A stretch of DNA of 64,000 nt, taken from positions 14,762,816 to 14,826,815 of the forward strand of contig OZ316895.1 in the NCBI GenBank assembly GCA_973895155.1. Reading direction: 5' to 3'. Positions 62,690 through 64,000 of the stretch are shown piece by piece. Both the position numbers and the translations under genes were made by a program. The stretch is from Marsupella aquatica (lineage: Eukaryota; Plantae; Marchantiophyta). Below the pieces are notes generated by a model. That model searched no databases, was not told the origin of the DNA, and saw nothing but the letters and a program-made list of their open reading frames with translations. Position 1 is the stretch's first letter. Each line of letters begins with the position of its first letter.

Positions 62690-63210
62690 TGTCTGCTCAT
62701 AACATTTTTTGAGAACATAGGTATAGACAGAACAGAGTAATTGGGAATTCAGATCATATTGTTGTATGCTTTGTTGGGGATCCTCTTGTGTATGTGCAGG
62801 CATACACATTCTACCTGAGGGCAGTATGCCTGTACACCTCAAGTAGAACCAAGTACGATCTGTCGCTTGATATAATTCCACTACACTTCTATATTAATGT
62901 TGCCTAAGTGCTTTATTGTTTTTTTTTGGTTGAAATGATGTTACTTGCATTTCATAGTCAATCTTAGTTGGTTGGCTTGGTACTCATTTGCTTCACTCCC
63001 TGGGGCTAGTGAATTTGTTTGCTGTCACTGAGTTTCTTGCGTAAGAACTACATGTTGTTTATTTTCTCGATCCATGCTCTGTTTTGCTCTCTTTCCTCTG
63101 TTTTGCTGGCTTCTTCATGTCTGCTCATAACATTTTTCAGATTGTGTAGTTATGGATAGAACATAGTAATTGGGATCATACTGTCTTCTGCTCTGTTGGG
63201 GATCCTCTTT
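62690..63210. repeat. Diverged ~100-bp direct duplication in TE-like DNA
   Basis: 62690-62790 resembles 63118-63210 (tgtctgctcataacattttt...agtaattggga...tgttggggatcctctt). Both encode EDPQQS..QYD..KCYEQT on the minus strand. Confidence 0.8.
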
Positions 63211-64000
63211 GAATATATACTTGGTCACATGTATTGAGCTTGGAGGCAGTTTTTTCATTCCCATCTTCATTTTGTCAAGTGACCTTTCTGCCACCCGCCT
63301 CTTTTTTAGGAAGCTCCTTATTGTGTACACAATCTGTACTTTGGTTATGAAGTTTGACTGAGTGCTGCGGGCCACTTCCTGTGCCGACCTGTGCTGTAAT
63401 TTGCTTTGTTTTGCATCCACTGTTTAGTTTCCTTCTATTTTATCGACGAGTTTCATGCATATCATGTTTATAAGAGCTTTTGTGCTGATGCACAATATAG
63501 TTGTGCCAACTGAATGCCAGTCTGCCTACACTCCTACTCAGTCACTCTTGCAAGCAGTGAACTACCTCTCTGTTGCTCACTACAGGCAGAGACTTTCAGT
63601 GTTTCTGGATATTGTACGTAGTTTGCAACATTGTTGATTAGGAGTGTTTCATGCTAAGTTTATACTATGACCTCTAGTTGGAATCAAGGGAATGACACAG
63701 TGAGTGGGAACTGATAAGTTCAGGTTGGTTGTTGTTGGTGAGGCAAGTACAGCTCCTGCTCACCTTGCTGATCAAAGGACGTCAGAGGACGTGAACACAA
63801 GACATCTGAACAAAAGCAACAGTTATGGTGAGCACCCGCAATGCTGAACATGTGCGGCTTGCACGCAAGGCAGAGAGGTTGTGCCTTGAGTATGTGAGAC
63901 TTGGGATCCTTCCTGCCCAGTCTGCATGGTACTTTGAGTACCCTATTGTTGCCAGGAATAACTACAGTCGGCCTGTACCTGCTTCTCTACCCTTCCCAAC

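Overview
Eukaryotic, intron-containing land-plant DNA. Gene structure and GA-rich 5' leaders suggest a bryophyte or liverwort, but that is inference. Five host genes are supported: an SDS22/PP1-regulatory LRR gene (-, runs off the left edge), DNA polymerase lambda (+), an EF-hand lysophospholipid acyltransferase of LPEAT2 type (+), a laccase (+) and a chromomethylase (-). Intergenic DNA holds MITEs, tRNA-like SINEs, CACTA ends and decayed LINE pieces. From about 46 kb to the end is a nested transposon cluster. It includes a PIF/Harbinger pseudogene and a decayed LINE. Inside the LINE sits a 4,660-bp TG...CA element with a perfect 5-bp TSD, no gag/pol/transposase, and one ~1,200-codon PMD-like plus coiled-coil frame broken by a single stop. 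The cluster also holds an intron-containing Crypton-like tyrosine recombinase cut by a CACTA insertion, and a second, diverged relative of the TG...CA element. Family calls come from motif recognition by eye; no searches were run.
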